DNA of 64,000 nucleotides from Pecten maximus. Its lineage: Eukaryota. A model generated the notes under the pieces. The model searched no databases. It worked only from the letters and a program-made list of their open reading frames with translations, and had not been told where the DNA came from. Positions within the stretch are counted from its first letter, which is position 1. Each line of letters opens with the position of its first letter. A program made the translations under genes and the position numbers. The stretch spans positions 27,404,001 through 27,468,000 of the forward strand of contig NC_047020.1 of assembly GCF_902652985.1 (NCBI RefSeq), in the 5' to 3' direction. Of this stretch, positions 12,693-24,149 are shown one piece after another.

Positions 12693-13566
12693 CATAGAAT
12701 GCATGTTTATGTATTGTGTGTATGGTGGTATTTTCATATTTAATTTGGTAAAGTTATATTCCAATCTGTATTATAACATATATGGTACCTATATTGCATT
12801 AGTAGTAAATATGTGTATGAATGTCCATATACCGGTAAACTAGGTCAGTACGGAAGCTTTGATGCGCCATATTTGAACTATTGTCCATAGTGCTAGTAGT
12901 GTTAGCAATACTGTTTTATATAAATACTTAGTAATATGAGTGCATATATTAACAATATATAAAGTGAGGAATTGTCAAGTGTTTTGTTGTGTGTGTTTTG
13001 AAGCTTTCCATGTTGGAGTGAGATCGATCCTTGTACCAATCAGGACACTGCAAACCACTACGGCTTCGGCAACAGGACCGGTTATGGACCAAGATCAGCC
13101 ACAGGAAGTTTGTTGGTAATCACAGGCGGGTCATGGTATCCAAAGGCTTAGGGATCGACACAGCAGACATTCTAGTTGGATTGTCTTTGGTTAACTAGCT
13201 ACAAACCTTGGCTGGTAACCATATATACGTAACCTGCGGGATTAGTATATAGTGAGGAGGATCTTTGTGTCAATCACCCTAGATGAGACGCGCGCGGGAG
13301 AACGCTGTGGTCCGGTTCAGCTTCAATGCATTGATTCTTGTTCGTGAGGAGAACTTATACTGTGAGCTGTGACGTACTGTGACGTGCTGTACTGAACTTT
13401 TATATGTGGAACTTTATGGGTTTGTTAGAGGTTCTGAGAGTGAGCATGATTGTGCTTTGGTGTTTATATGCATTTGTATATAATAAATGTAAATATTTCT
13501 TGTACTAGTTCTAGTGTAATTATTTCATTTTCAAATACCTAAATCTGACGCTTGTCTTACGTTACA

Positions 13567-15183
13567 GAGTATGTGGGCGAAGCCTTAGTGGAGTCTGTGG
13601 GCGAAGCCTTAGTGGAGTCTGTTGGCGAAGCCTTGGTGGAGTCTGTGGGCGAAGCCTTAGTGGAGTCTGTGGGCGAAGCCTTGGTGGAGACTGTGGGCGA
13701 AGCCTTGGTGGAGTCTGTAGGCGAAGCCTTGGTGGAGACTGTGGGCGAAGCCTTGGTGGAGTCTGTGGGCGAAGCCTTGGTGGAGTCTGTAGGCGAAGCC
13801 TTAGTGGAGTCTGTGGGCGAAGCCTTAGTGGAGTCTGTAGGCGAAGCCTTAGTGGAGTCTGTGGGCGAAGCCTTGGTGGAGACTGTGGGCGAAGCCTTAG
13901 TGGAGTCTGTTGGCGAAGCCTTGGTGGAGTCTGTAGGCGAAGCCTTAGTGGAGTCTGTGGGCGAAGCCTTAGTGGAGTCTGTGGGCGAAGCCTTGGTGGA
14001 GACTGTGGGCGAAGCCTTAGTGGAGTCTGTGGGCGAAGCCTTGGTGGAGTCTGTAGGCGAAGCCTTAGTGGAGTCTGTGGGCGAAGCCTTGGTGGAGACT
14101 GTGGGCGAAGCCTTAGTGGAGTCTGTGGGCGAAGCCTTGGTGGAGACTGTGGGCGAAGCCTTGGTGGAGACTGTGGGCGAAGCCTTGGTGGAGTCTGTAG
14201 GCGAAGCCTTGGTGGAGACTGTGGGCGAAGCCTTGGTGGAGTCTGTGGGCGAAGCCTTGGTGGAGTCTGTAGGCGAAGCCTTAGTGGAGTCTGTGGGCGA
14301 AGCCTTAGTGGAGTCTGTAGGCGAAGCCTTAGTGGAGTCTGTGGGCGAAGCCTTGGTGGAGACTGTGGGCGAAGCCTTAGTGGAGTCTGTTGGCGAAGCC
14401 TTGGTGGAGTCTGTGGGCGAAGCCTTGGTGGAGTCTGTGGGCGAAGCCTTAGTGGAGTCTGTGGGCAAAGCCTTAGTGGAGACTGTGGGCGAAGCCTTAG
14501 TGGAGACTGTGGGCGAAGCCTTGGTGGAGTCTGTCACTCTGTAGGCGAAGCCTTAGTGGAGTCTGTGGGCGAAGCCTTAGTGGAGTCTGTAGGCGAAGCC
14601 TTAGTGGAGTCTGTTGGCGAAGCCTTGGTGGAGTCTGTGGGCGAAGCCTTAGTGGAGTCTGTGGGCGAAGCCTTTGTGGAATCTGTAGGCGAAGCCTTAG
14701 TGGAGTCTGTGGGCGAAGCCTTAGTGGAGTCTGTAGGCGAAGCCTTAGTGGAGTCTGTGGGCGAAGCCTTGGTGGAGTCTGTGGGCGAAGCCTTGGTGGA
14801 GACTGTGGGCGAAACCTTAGTGGAGTCTGTGGGCGAAGCCTTAGTGGTGTCTGTTGGCGAAACCTTGGTGGGGTCTGTGGGCGAAGCCTTAGTGGAGTCT
14901 GTGGGCGAAACCTTGGTGGGGTCTGTGGGCGAAGCCTTAGTGGAGTCTGTGGGCGAAGCCTTGGTGGAGTCTGTGGGCGAAGCCTTAGTGGAGTCTGTGG
15001 GCGAAGCCTTGGTGGAGTCTGTGGGCGAAGCCTTGGTGGAGACTGTGGGCGAAACCTTAGTGGAGTCTGTGGGCGAAGCCTTAGTGGAGTCTGTGGGCGA
15101 AGCCTTAGTGGAGTCTGTGGGCGAAACCTTAGTGGAGTCTGTGGGCGAAGCCTTTGTGGAGTCTGTGGGCGAAGCCTCGGTGG
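13567..15183. repeat. 24-bp minisatellite, right block
   Basis: About 67 copies of the same unit, with a register break at 14532-14537. Confidence 0.97.
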
Positions 15184-15247
15184 CTATATGTGTAAACATA
15201 CATTGTATGTCATACTCAGGCCTCAACACTTTATGAATCCTTGCTTC

Positions 15248-15400
15248 AGATGAAGTTCGCCAGCCTCTTGTCCAATTTCGCATTGGCGAACGTGTCCGCA
15301 GCTTTTCAAAAATCAAAATCCTTATCTCTGGGTATATGTAATATTGTCAGGGCCGACATTCTATCTGTTTTCATCGAATCTTCCTTCGCTATCAATTCAA
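15248..15400 (-). mobile_element. Decayed hAT-family transposase C-terminus (end of the dimerisation domain)
   Basis: Minus-strand translation SMKTDRMSALTILHIPRDKDFDF*KAADTFANAKLDKRLANFI* resembles the TM..ERLS.LA.LHIHRD.DID...VID.FA..K.RRL end of hAT/ZMYM1-like transposases; contains an in-frame stop. Confidence 0.6.
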
Positions 15401-15778
15401 GATACCTTGACAGAGACACAGTGTAACTCAGGATATGTTATTCCACCACCAATCTAATGATTCAACCCACAGAATCGCACATCTAGCTTCCCACCTGCCT
15501 TATCATCGTTATCATCCATTAAGTTTTCAATTCTGCTTAAGACAACTGCGGGAGATGTTTTAAATGTTATGAGGGCGTCAGCCCTGCTCGAGTCCTAAGT
15601 TTAGTTCTTTTCTCCATGTCGTGCCGTACGTTTTTGCTGGTGGGCGTTGGGTGGTAACTAATCTTGTGCGTAGATTCCCAAGTGGACTTTGAAGGGAAAA
15701 TGGACACTGTTATCTCTAAATTCATGGTCCGGACGGGTTTTTAAGTCATACTCGATTAACGCAAATTTGCTTGTAAGC

Positions 15779-17100
15779 TCACTCACACACCCTTCCTTAC
15801 GCCCAAACCCTCACTCACACAACCTTCCTTACGCCCAAACTCTCACACACCCTTCCTTACGCCTAAACCCTCACACACACAACCTTCCTTACGCCCAAAC
15901 ACTCACACACCCTTCCTTACGCCTAAACCCTCACTCACACAACCTTCCTTACGCCCAAACACTCACATACCCTTCCTTACGCACAGACCGTCACTCACAC
16001 ACTCTTCCTTACGCACAGACCGTCACTCACACACCCTTCCTTACGCCCAAACACTCACACACCCTTCCTTACGCACAGACCGTCACACACCCTTCCTTAC
16101 GCCTAAACCCTCACTCACACAACCTTCCTTACGCCCAAACCCTCACACATCCTTCCTTACGCCTAAACCCTCACTCACACAACCTTCCTTACGCCCAAAC
16201 ACTCACATACCCTTCCTTATGCACAGACCGTCACTCACACACCCTTCCTTACGCCCATACCATCACACACCCTCCCTTACGCCCAAACCCTCACACACCC
16301 TTCCTTACGCCAAAACCCTCACTCACACACCCTTCCTTACGCCCACACCCTCACACACCCTTCCTTACGCCCAAACCCTCACTCACACACCCTTCCTTAC
16401 GCCCATACCCTCACACACCCTTCCTTACGCCCAAACCCTCACATACCCTTCCTTACGCCCATACCCTCACACACCCTTCCTTACGCACATACCCTCACAC
16501 ACCCTTCCTGACGCCCAAACCCTCACTCACATACCCTTCCTTGCGCCCAAACCCTCACTCACACACCCTTCCTTACGCCCAAACCCTCACACACCCTTCC
16601 TTACGCCCAAACCCTCACATACCCTTCCTTACGCCCAAACCCTCACACACACACCCTTCCTTACGCCCAAACCCTCACTCACATACCCTTCCTTACGCCA
16701 AACACTCACGCACCCTTCCTTACGCACATACCCTCACACACCCTTCCTTACGCAAAAATCCTCACTCACATACCCTTCCTTACGCACAGACCGTCACTCA
16801 CACACTCTTCCTTACGCACAGACCGTCACTCACACACCCTTCCTTACGCACATACCCTCACACACCCTTCCTTACGCCCAAACCCTCACTCACATACCCT
16901 TCCTTACGCCCAATCACTCACACACCCTTCCTTACGCACAGACCGTCACTCACACACCCTTCCTTACGCCCAAACCCTCACACACCCTTCCTTACGCCCA
17001 AACACTCACGCACCCTTCCTTACGCACATACCCTCACACACCCTTCCTTACGCAAAAATCCTCACTCACATACCCTTTCATACGCATAGACCCTCATTTA
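15779..17100. repeat. C/A-rich minisatellite with roughly 28-32 bp variable units (CACACACCCTTCCTTACGCCCAAACCCT)
   Basis: Tandem copies with CA/CACT slippage variants. Confidence 0.95.
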
Positions 17101-17576
17101 TACGCATAATATTTAGGTCCATTCTATAATGCAACTTTATTCCATGTTTTGGTCGGAATAAAGTTGATACTTATTTTGAGAATCTGAAATAAACACACAC
17201 AAAAACACCCAGATTCCGAGCATCCCTAAAACTGCGGATGATAATCCGTAAGTGACAGGTATGTTGAGATGTCCGTTATATTATCTAATTAAGCCAAGCT
17301 TGGTTAAAGTTGGACTTTCACTTTTTGAGAAAAGTATCGGGACCAAGTTTTGTTTTGCGTATATTTATGTACATATATTTCTATATGTCATTAGGAACCT
17401 GCAAGTGAAAATCTGGAATTCGCCATTTTGTATATAGGTGTACTCTTTTATATACACGTAACGTGTGTCCATCATCGGAAGTTCGTTATTTTTAGTTTTG
17501 AGATTAAAAATTGTTGCAGATTGTAACAGGTATTGCAGATTACTCTTCTATTTAACTATATCACAGCCATGCCATT

Positions 17577-18111
17577 CTGCCCTGTAGGTAGGGCGTAAGA
17601 ATTGTACATGCTGCCCCCATTGCATGATCGTAAGAGGCGACTAAATTTGGGATCTTATCTTTTCTCTTCTTTCTGAACAACTTTCTTCTTCCTAATGTCT
17701 TCCTTGACAATGCCTCACTTTTGGTCTTCAGTTGAGCGTTCGCCCCTGTGAGGAAGACTTTGGGTTCTGTCCCCTGGCCGAGACATACCAGAGTCATTAA
17801 AAATGGTAGCTGCTACTCCTGCTTAGCGCTCAGCATTTTGGGAGTGGGACGACTGGTTGGCCCGTTGTCAGTATAATGTGACCAGTTGGGGTGTCCTGCT
17901 GGGTGTCTTCGGCAGTATGCTTCAGTGAGGTAGCACTATAAATCAGCAAAAGTTCCGGCCTATCACAAGGAGACTTAACACGAACATACCGCAGTCTCCC
18001 AAAACACACATACGCACTCACCACACGCATGCATGTCGCACGCACGGGAGGCCGTCCTTAAGTGACCTTAGCTGTTAATAGGACGTTAAACAAATAAACC
18101 AAACCAAACCA
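17577..18111 (+). mobile_element. Composite SINE (Meta-like 5' segment, tRNA-like head, V-domain-like body, (AAACC)n tail) with 8-bp TSD
   Basis: TSD ATGCCATT at 17569-17576 and 18112-18119. Contains GATCGTAAGAGGCGACTAAA (MetaSINE-like motif) and CATACCAGAGTCATTAAAAATGGTAGCTGCTACTCCTGCTTAGCGCTCAGCA (V-SINE-like). A second partial copy lies at 10453-10617. Confidence 0.8.
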
Positions 18112-19539
18112 ATGCCATTGTGTAATAATTTTATGAATATGTTCATTGACAAGTGACATTTAAATAAAATGAATCTTAGTTTAATTTTCCGATACAGGAT
18201 CTCAAGATCCTCTACACCGGGATCGAACATTATTTCATAGAGATGTATACACAACAATGTACGCGTATATAAAATATATACCTACAGTTATATTTAGGAC
18301 ATGATGTGTACTTGTGGTGTACCCTACATACGGTTGGGTTCGTCCTATATAGGGCATGCCCAGTTGTGGGTCAATGTTACATTACGTGTACAATGCTGTC
18401 CACACAATGTCAACCGGTTTTAACCAGATGTTGAACCCGATAACATTGGCCGTTTTGGCGTGCTATATACCCTACTCGACGAAAAATGTTCCGATTGAAT
18501 ACTGGAATGTTTTATGACCTGTTTATTTAGATTTTTACACAAACGTTCATGTGGATTTGTTTTGTGGCGAGCTGAATAGGCTATACAGCAATTTAAATCT
18601 AAAACATAATAGCTATAGAATTCATCAACATTCGATCCTCTATATCTTACATAGTGACACTAGTATAAAAATACTCGACAAAATTAACACATAAAGATTC
18701 CTATTAAGAACACAAATGACCTTGTAACCTCGTTTTTTTTATTCCCAAATGACGTGATGTGATTAAGCTAGACCGGGATGTTTTTAATCAATAATTCCAA
18801 CGGAGACCTCAGGGTTACATCAAAATTTTCCTTGCGGGCATTTTTATTTCGCCACTGACCAAGATGCAACGCTTAATCTATAAATCAAACGAGTATAACA
18901 TAGCTATAAGAAGTTTGATTAGCATTCTATGAAATCAACTGAGGGATGAGATGACGTAGGTGGTCACGTGGTCAGTTTTGAATGTATCGATGCATACATT
19001 AATGAAATATATTACGCTCATGTAATTGTATTATTAGATATATATTCTGACTTTTTCAAAGCCACTAGGGTTGGGATGAAAGGGAGGGCATCCCTCAGAA
19101 TTAAGTTGTTTTTTTTTTTTGTTTTTTTTTTTACCATCAATCTTCTAATTACTTTGTGATTCTCGTTTAATTTGTTAATTCTATCAAATCACCATAATAA
19201 GAGATTTCATGAGATTTTAGAGTGTAACATACAGAAAAATGGAGCAAACACTATTTTTCCCAAAATTATAACATTCCTATTATTATATACATATATTTGT
19301 AGCGGACCATGAAATCAATATGGGATACCATTAATAACTTTTTTGTTAACTATGAAATACGAGGCTCACAACATATCAATCAACCCTCGTACTCATCATA
19401 TATGTTTGATACATAATAGCATAGTCCTTAAATATATATACTTTTAACTGTCAGCTATCACATACTGTAAAAAACATTTAACATTGTTCAACAGGCTCTC
19501 CCTGAAAAATGTACGATATGATCCTGTGAATGTATCACA

Positions 19540-20760
19540 TCCTTCCTATAAATTTTTGGGAATGAAGTGGCGTTGGACCATCCAGCTGTCGTAAGAATTG
19601 TGTCCATCGACGAGCCGCACTAGCTGCAGCAGTCCTAGATAAATCGGCTGAGAATTTTTTTAATGTATTCATTCTAGCTCAAAATGTTTAATCCATCTAC
19701 TGACCGTATCCCTGCTAACGACCTTGTGCGGTTTCATCGTACTCATAAAAAGTCTTGACCCTACCCGTATATCAGCTTATACGTATGCTTCTAATGTTTC
19801 ATAATACAAAGAGCAGGATCTGAACAAGCTGGCAAAGATAAACCATGTAAATGTCGACCAGGTTTACTGGTTTTTAACAAAGAAAAGTATCTAATAACTA
19901 CTTTAGACCTACGATACTTATATCATCTAAATCTTATAAATGTAAAGATTGTTCTCTTCGACTACTAAGTAATACTAATAAGGTAACTATTTTCCAAGTT
20001 AGCTGCTTCAAAGTTAAACCTTCAAATGCATACAACGTTTTCATAAATTTTAATACTACAGACACATCCCATGTTTCATAGGTCTTTGGGAGTACAGGTA
20101 TTTTTTACAAGCACGTCCTTTACATACCGTTGCACTAATAAATTGTCTCCTATCTTACGAGTTTTTCCTGTTAGTCCACATAGTGAGGAACTAGATGGAC
20201 GGGCTGTGTTTAAAGCAATATAACCAAGATGCCTATCAAAACAGTGATAGACATCTTGGTTATGGTGCCATAAACACAGCCCGTTCAGCATTTGATCCAT
20301 CTTTCAATGTAGCACTTCATTGAAAGGTGGATCAAATGAATCACTCTACTACAGCTCACAAAATAGCCCCCAACCGCTGCTCACAAAATAGCCACCAATA
20401 TTAATATAAGTCCATATACTGTCTTTTTGTGGACTGATGTCAAGATGCTTCGATGATCTAGATAGCGTCCTGCGATATTCCTCTGTTTTCAAGCAGTATA
20501 CCGATAAACGGAAACAGCTAAGACTCAACTTTCTCAGTGGATAATGTCGACTTGGTTGTGTTAGCATGACAGAAGTCTGGCGATGTTGTGGTAAAGAACT
20601 TTCAGTTTCAAGCTACAAGTGTGCTTGGGGAATCGAAATATGTCTACTTCTTGACTCTACAGTGTCATCCAACACTGCAGCTCAAGCAAAGTATCATTTG
20701 ACATCATAAACCTTTCGTCATAATCACCAACATTACATTTTAACACACTATGATGGTATC
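19540..20760 (-). mobile_element. Decayed DIRS-type tyrosine-recombinase retrotransposon fragment
   Basis: Peptides LGYIALNTARPSSSSL..IGDNLLVQRYVKDV (compare GLGYSALNTARSALS..G.HPLV.RFMKG) and MDTILTTAGWSNATSF..FYR (YR box II region); many stops and frameshifts. Confidence 0.72.
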
Positions 20761-21849
20761 CTTCTCTATTTCAAGAGACTTATAATGTAATAAGGCATAT
20801 AACATTCCTAAATCCAAAGCGACCATTTTCCCCTATCAGCTGGGAAATCTCGCGCATACAGTCACTTCTTATTTGTTCTGATGTGTACACTACGATTTGA
20901 GAGTCTGTGAGAGAAAATACCGCCTATATCACTATTGCCAGCTACTGTACACGTAATTGTTTTATTGAACAGTTAATCACATTTTAGTCATGATTAGTGG
21001 TATATTTATGTTTTAAATGGCCAAATACGGCCTGGTTATACTTAGTTTGATACAGCTTGATTTCATTTTGTGATACAGGAAAATCCTCTACACCGGGCTT
21101 GAACATGATTTCATAAAATATACACGTAATTCAATGTTGATCAAGTCTGCTTTTTTATATATTGAGGGCTCTCTATGTTTTCGTAACATTTAAATTACGA
21201 CACAATTACAAAACAGTTTTTGATAAATGCAATTACAATCGGAAAACTGAACGACTTCGGGGAATCTCTAATGCGGTTTTCCCCCCAAGAATGGCGGTGC
21301 AGCCCAGTGTCGATCAGATGTACTTACATGTATTGCTGCCGCGAAGGCAAAGAATAGGAGTGGGCAAAATTACGACATCATTTACGACTTACAGAGTCAC
21401 GTCAGTTAAACAAAAATAAAAGATGAGTTAAACGTGACAAGCCACCACGCAGTGAAACTTCTCGGCATTTGATAAACAAAACCATGTTTTTCGGTTTATC
21501 ATCCATGGGTTCGCGTTCTGTTTTCAATTGCTTGTTACCTACTTTACTTATGAATTATTGACGTATGTGAGCAGATTCGAGGGTATCTAAATGGAGATAA
21601 ATCTCTAGGGGATTATGAAGTATAGCTTGATAAAGTTTTGTATCTATGACAGGCGTTGACAGATTGCGCTGATACCACATCTTCTGGAAGACTGTTCCAT
21701 AATCGTACTTTCCATAGAGAAAAGAAATGTGTTTTTATTGAATATTTGAGAGCTATGGATACAGTTTTTAATGACCTCTGGTACAATGTCTTTCAGAATG
21801 ATCCTATCACATTTTAAAGAAATCGGAGGTCTTTCTGTCTTATACATAA

Positions 21850-22260
21850 CTTGTTACTTTGTATACCTCTATGACATCTCCTTTGTCTATCATTATAGGT
21901 CATTTTAATTTCTTTCAATCGTTCCGAATATGTCAGATCCCTGAACCATGGTATCTGTTTAGCTGCCCTCCTTTGAATCCCTTCTAACATATCAATATGT
22001 TAAACCGTATGTGGGTACCAACCCGAATTCACGTGCTGTAAATGAACTCTAACAAGAGTTTTATAGAAATGCGGGAAAGCACGTCCTTCATGTATTGAAA
22101 GTTTCGTCGTATTACAGGGAACATGGATTTTTCAACGTGTGCACCGCGTATTTGGTCTTCAAAAATAAGGACATACTAATTTATTGCTGACAAGTGCTAA
22201 TTTCTAGCCCTGAACGTCTCTATTATAGATATTTTGAAATCATGGTTTAATGGTGAATTA
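21850..22260 (-). mobile_element. Decayed CR1/L2-group LINE ORF2 3' fragment
   Basis: IRRNFQYM, FYKTLVRVHLQHVNSGWYPH and IDMLEGIQRRAAKQIPWFRDLTYSERLK match the post-RT region of CR1-like elements. Confidence 0.78.
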
Positions 22261-23494
22261 AGATAATTTGATATGTATTGTACATATACACCCACATTGG
22301 CATAATACCAAAATACCTCAACTGTATTGTTAAATGTCTTGACCTTGAACTTGAACTTATGCCGTAAAATCGACACTTATGCATCACGCCCTACATGGTA
22401 GACTCGCCCTTTGTAGGGCATGAGTATGTACCCTTATTGTGTTAATGGCAAAATATCAGGCCAGTTTAAATGAGATGTTGAACCCGATAGCTTTGCCAAT
22501 TTGGCGTGCTATACACTTTTCGACAATGTTCCATTTTAAACTGGTTGTTCGGCCATGACTAGAACAAACCGGTTTTTATGCTCTATTTACTTTTTTCTTT
22601 GTCTACAATTGTTCTTATGAATGCTTTCTGTCACGAGCTGATTAAAAACAACACCTTTTATATACATAATTAAAACGTATTATCAATGTAATAGACTATA
22701 ATTAAAAACAACTTTTATGACCTCGTCCCCATTTTAATGTATAATAGAGCGACCTTAAGTGCTGTTCCCGTGTCCTCAATCTTTGGAGAACAAAACATTG
22801 TGTTGGGTTTGTAAGACAAAGGGAAAAAACAATTACAGAATGTTTCGCACTTACCATTCAGTTCACAGTGACCTTTGTTAATTTTACCTAATATTTTTTT
22901 ACTTATGTGTCCTGTTTAATTACCCATTGTTATAAAACGGAGTAAAATAGTGTGTTCTTGTTTTATGAAAAATATATATATAATAATCTCCTATTGATAT
23001 GTTACATTAATACTTATAATGTAATATCTACAGAGTTAACTAAAATAATAATGATGATAACATGACTCTTTATTAATTACCTAGTTATATATCTCGCCTG
23101 TTTTATTTTAAAGTTTTTGGTGTAAGTTTTTTTTTAAAGATTCATATAAAGTCCATTAGTATACACACTCCCCTTTTTTGACAAAATAATGTGGAAATAT
23201 TGAGATATTTGATCAAATTTTTACCATTGTTTTTTGTTTTTGTTTTTGGTTTTGTTTTGTTTTTTGTTTTTGTTTTTGTTTTTACTTTTAAGTATTTTGG
23301 ATCTAATTGTATTCACGTTTTTACATTATTACATTGATCAGATGTTACTTATGAGGTAACGGCAAAATTATAAAGATTTATATATATATATATATAAGTA
23401 TGTATAATTTCACCGTGTTTTGGAATTTTGCATTTAAACACACGATAAAGTTTGTCAAAGGGTTCCAAGTGCATGATCATAAACCCCTCATCGC

Positions 23495-24149
23495 ATCGTT
23501 ACGAGTAACCGAGAGCTAATGCTGTCACCCCGGCGTCGGCGTCGGCGTCGGAGTTGGCGTCCCACCCCAAAACTTTAAAGTTTTTGGGGTAAGTTTTTGG
23601 AAAGCTTGCAAGTCTAAAAGTATACACCTCATGCCCTTCTTATTTGGTTTATACATTTATTAGAGGTCTAGGAGTGATGTTATGGCAAAATCATGCAGAC
23701 AAAATTTGTTTTTTTCGCATTTTACCATTTTGTAGACTTAACTTTTTTGGCACCAAAACTCACTTTAAAGTTTTTAGGGTCAGTTTTTGGAAAGATTGTA
23801 AGTCCAAAAGTATACACCTCATGCCCTTCTAAATTGGTTTGTACATTTATTAGAGGTCTAGGAGTGATGTTATGGGAAAATCATGCAGACATTTTTTTTT
23901 CGCATTTTACCATTTTGTGGACTTAACTTTTTCGGCACCAAAACTCACTTTAAAGATTTTGGGGGTTAGTTTTAGAAAGCTTGTAAGTCCACACCCTTCT
24001 TATTTGGTTTATACATCCATTAGAGGTCTAGGAGCGATATTATGTGACATACAATTTCAAAATGACATGCTTATACATCCATAAAAAATGAATGCATAGT
24101 GTGATTGCTGCCGCCGGTGAGCTTTCGCAATCATTGATTGCACTTGTTT
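23495..24149 (+). mobile_element. Helentron-associated non-autonomous element (HINE/pearl-like)
   Basis: 5' (GGCGTC)n microsatellite, about 2.5 internal tandem units of roughly 190 bp, and a 3' GGTGAGC plus hairpin GCAATCATTGATTGC ending in CACTTGTT. Confidence 0.7.

Larger units (their letters stand above)
12193..13566 (+). mobile_element. Solo LTR (1374 bp) inserted in the 24-bp minisatellite
   Basis: Termini TGTCACG...CGTTACA form a 6/7 inverted repeat. Flanks are GAGTC/GAGTA (5-bp TSD, one mismatch). AATAAA at 13482. No coding capacity, and the satellite resumes in register. Confidence 0.8.

Noticed and set aside
15689-17109. 466-aa and 296-aa His/Pro/Thr-rich ORFs
   Set aside because: By-products of a C/A-rich minisatellite whose plus strand rarely forms stops; unit lengths shift frame freely.
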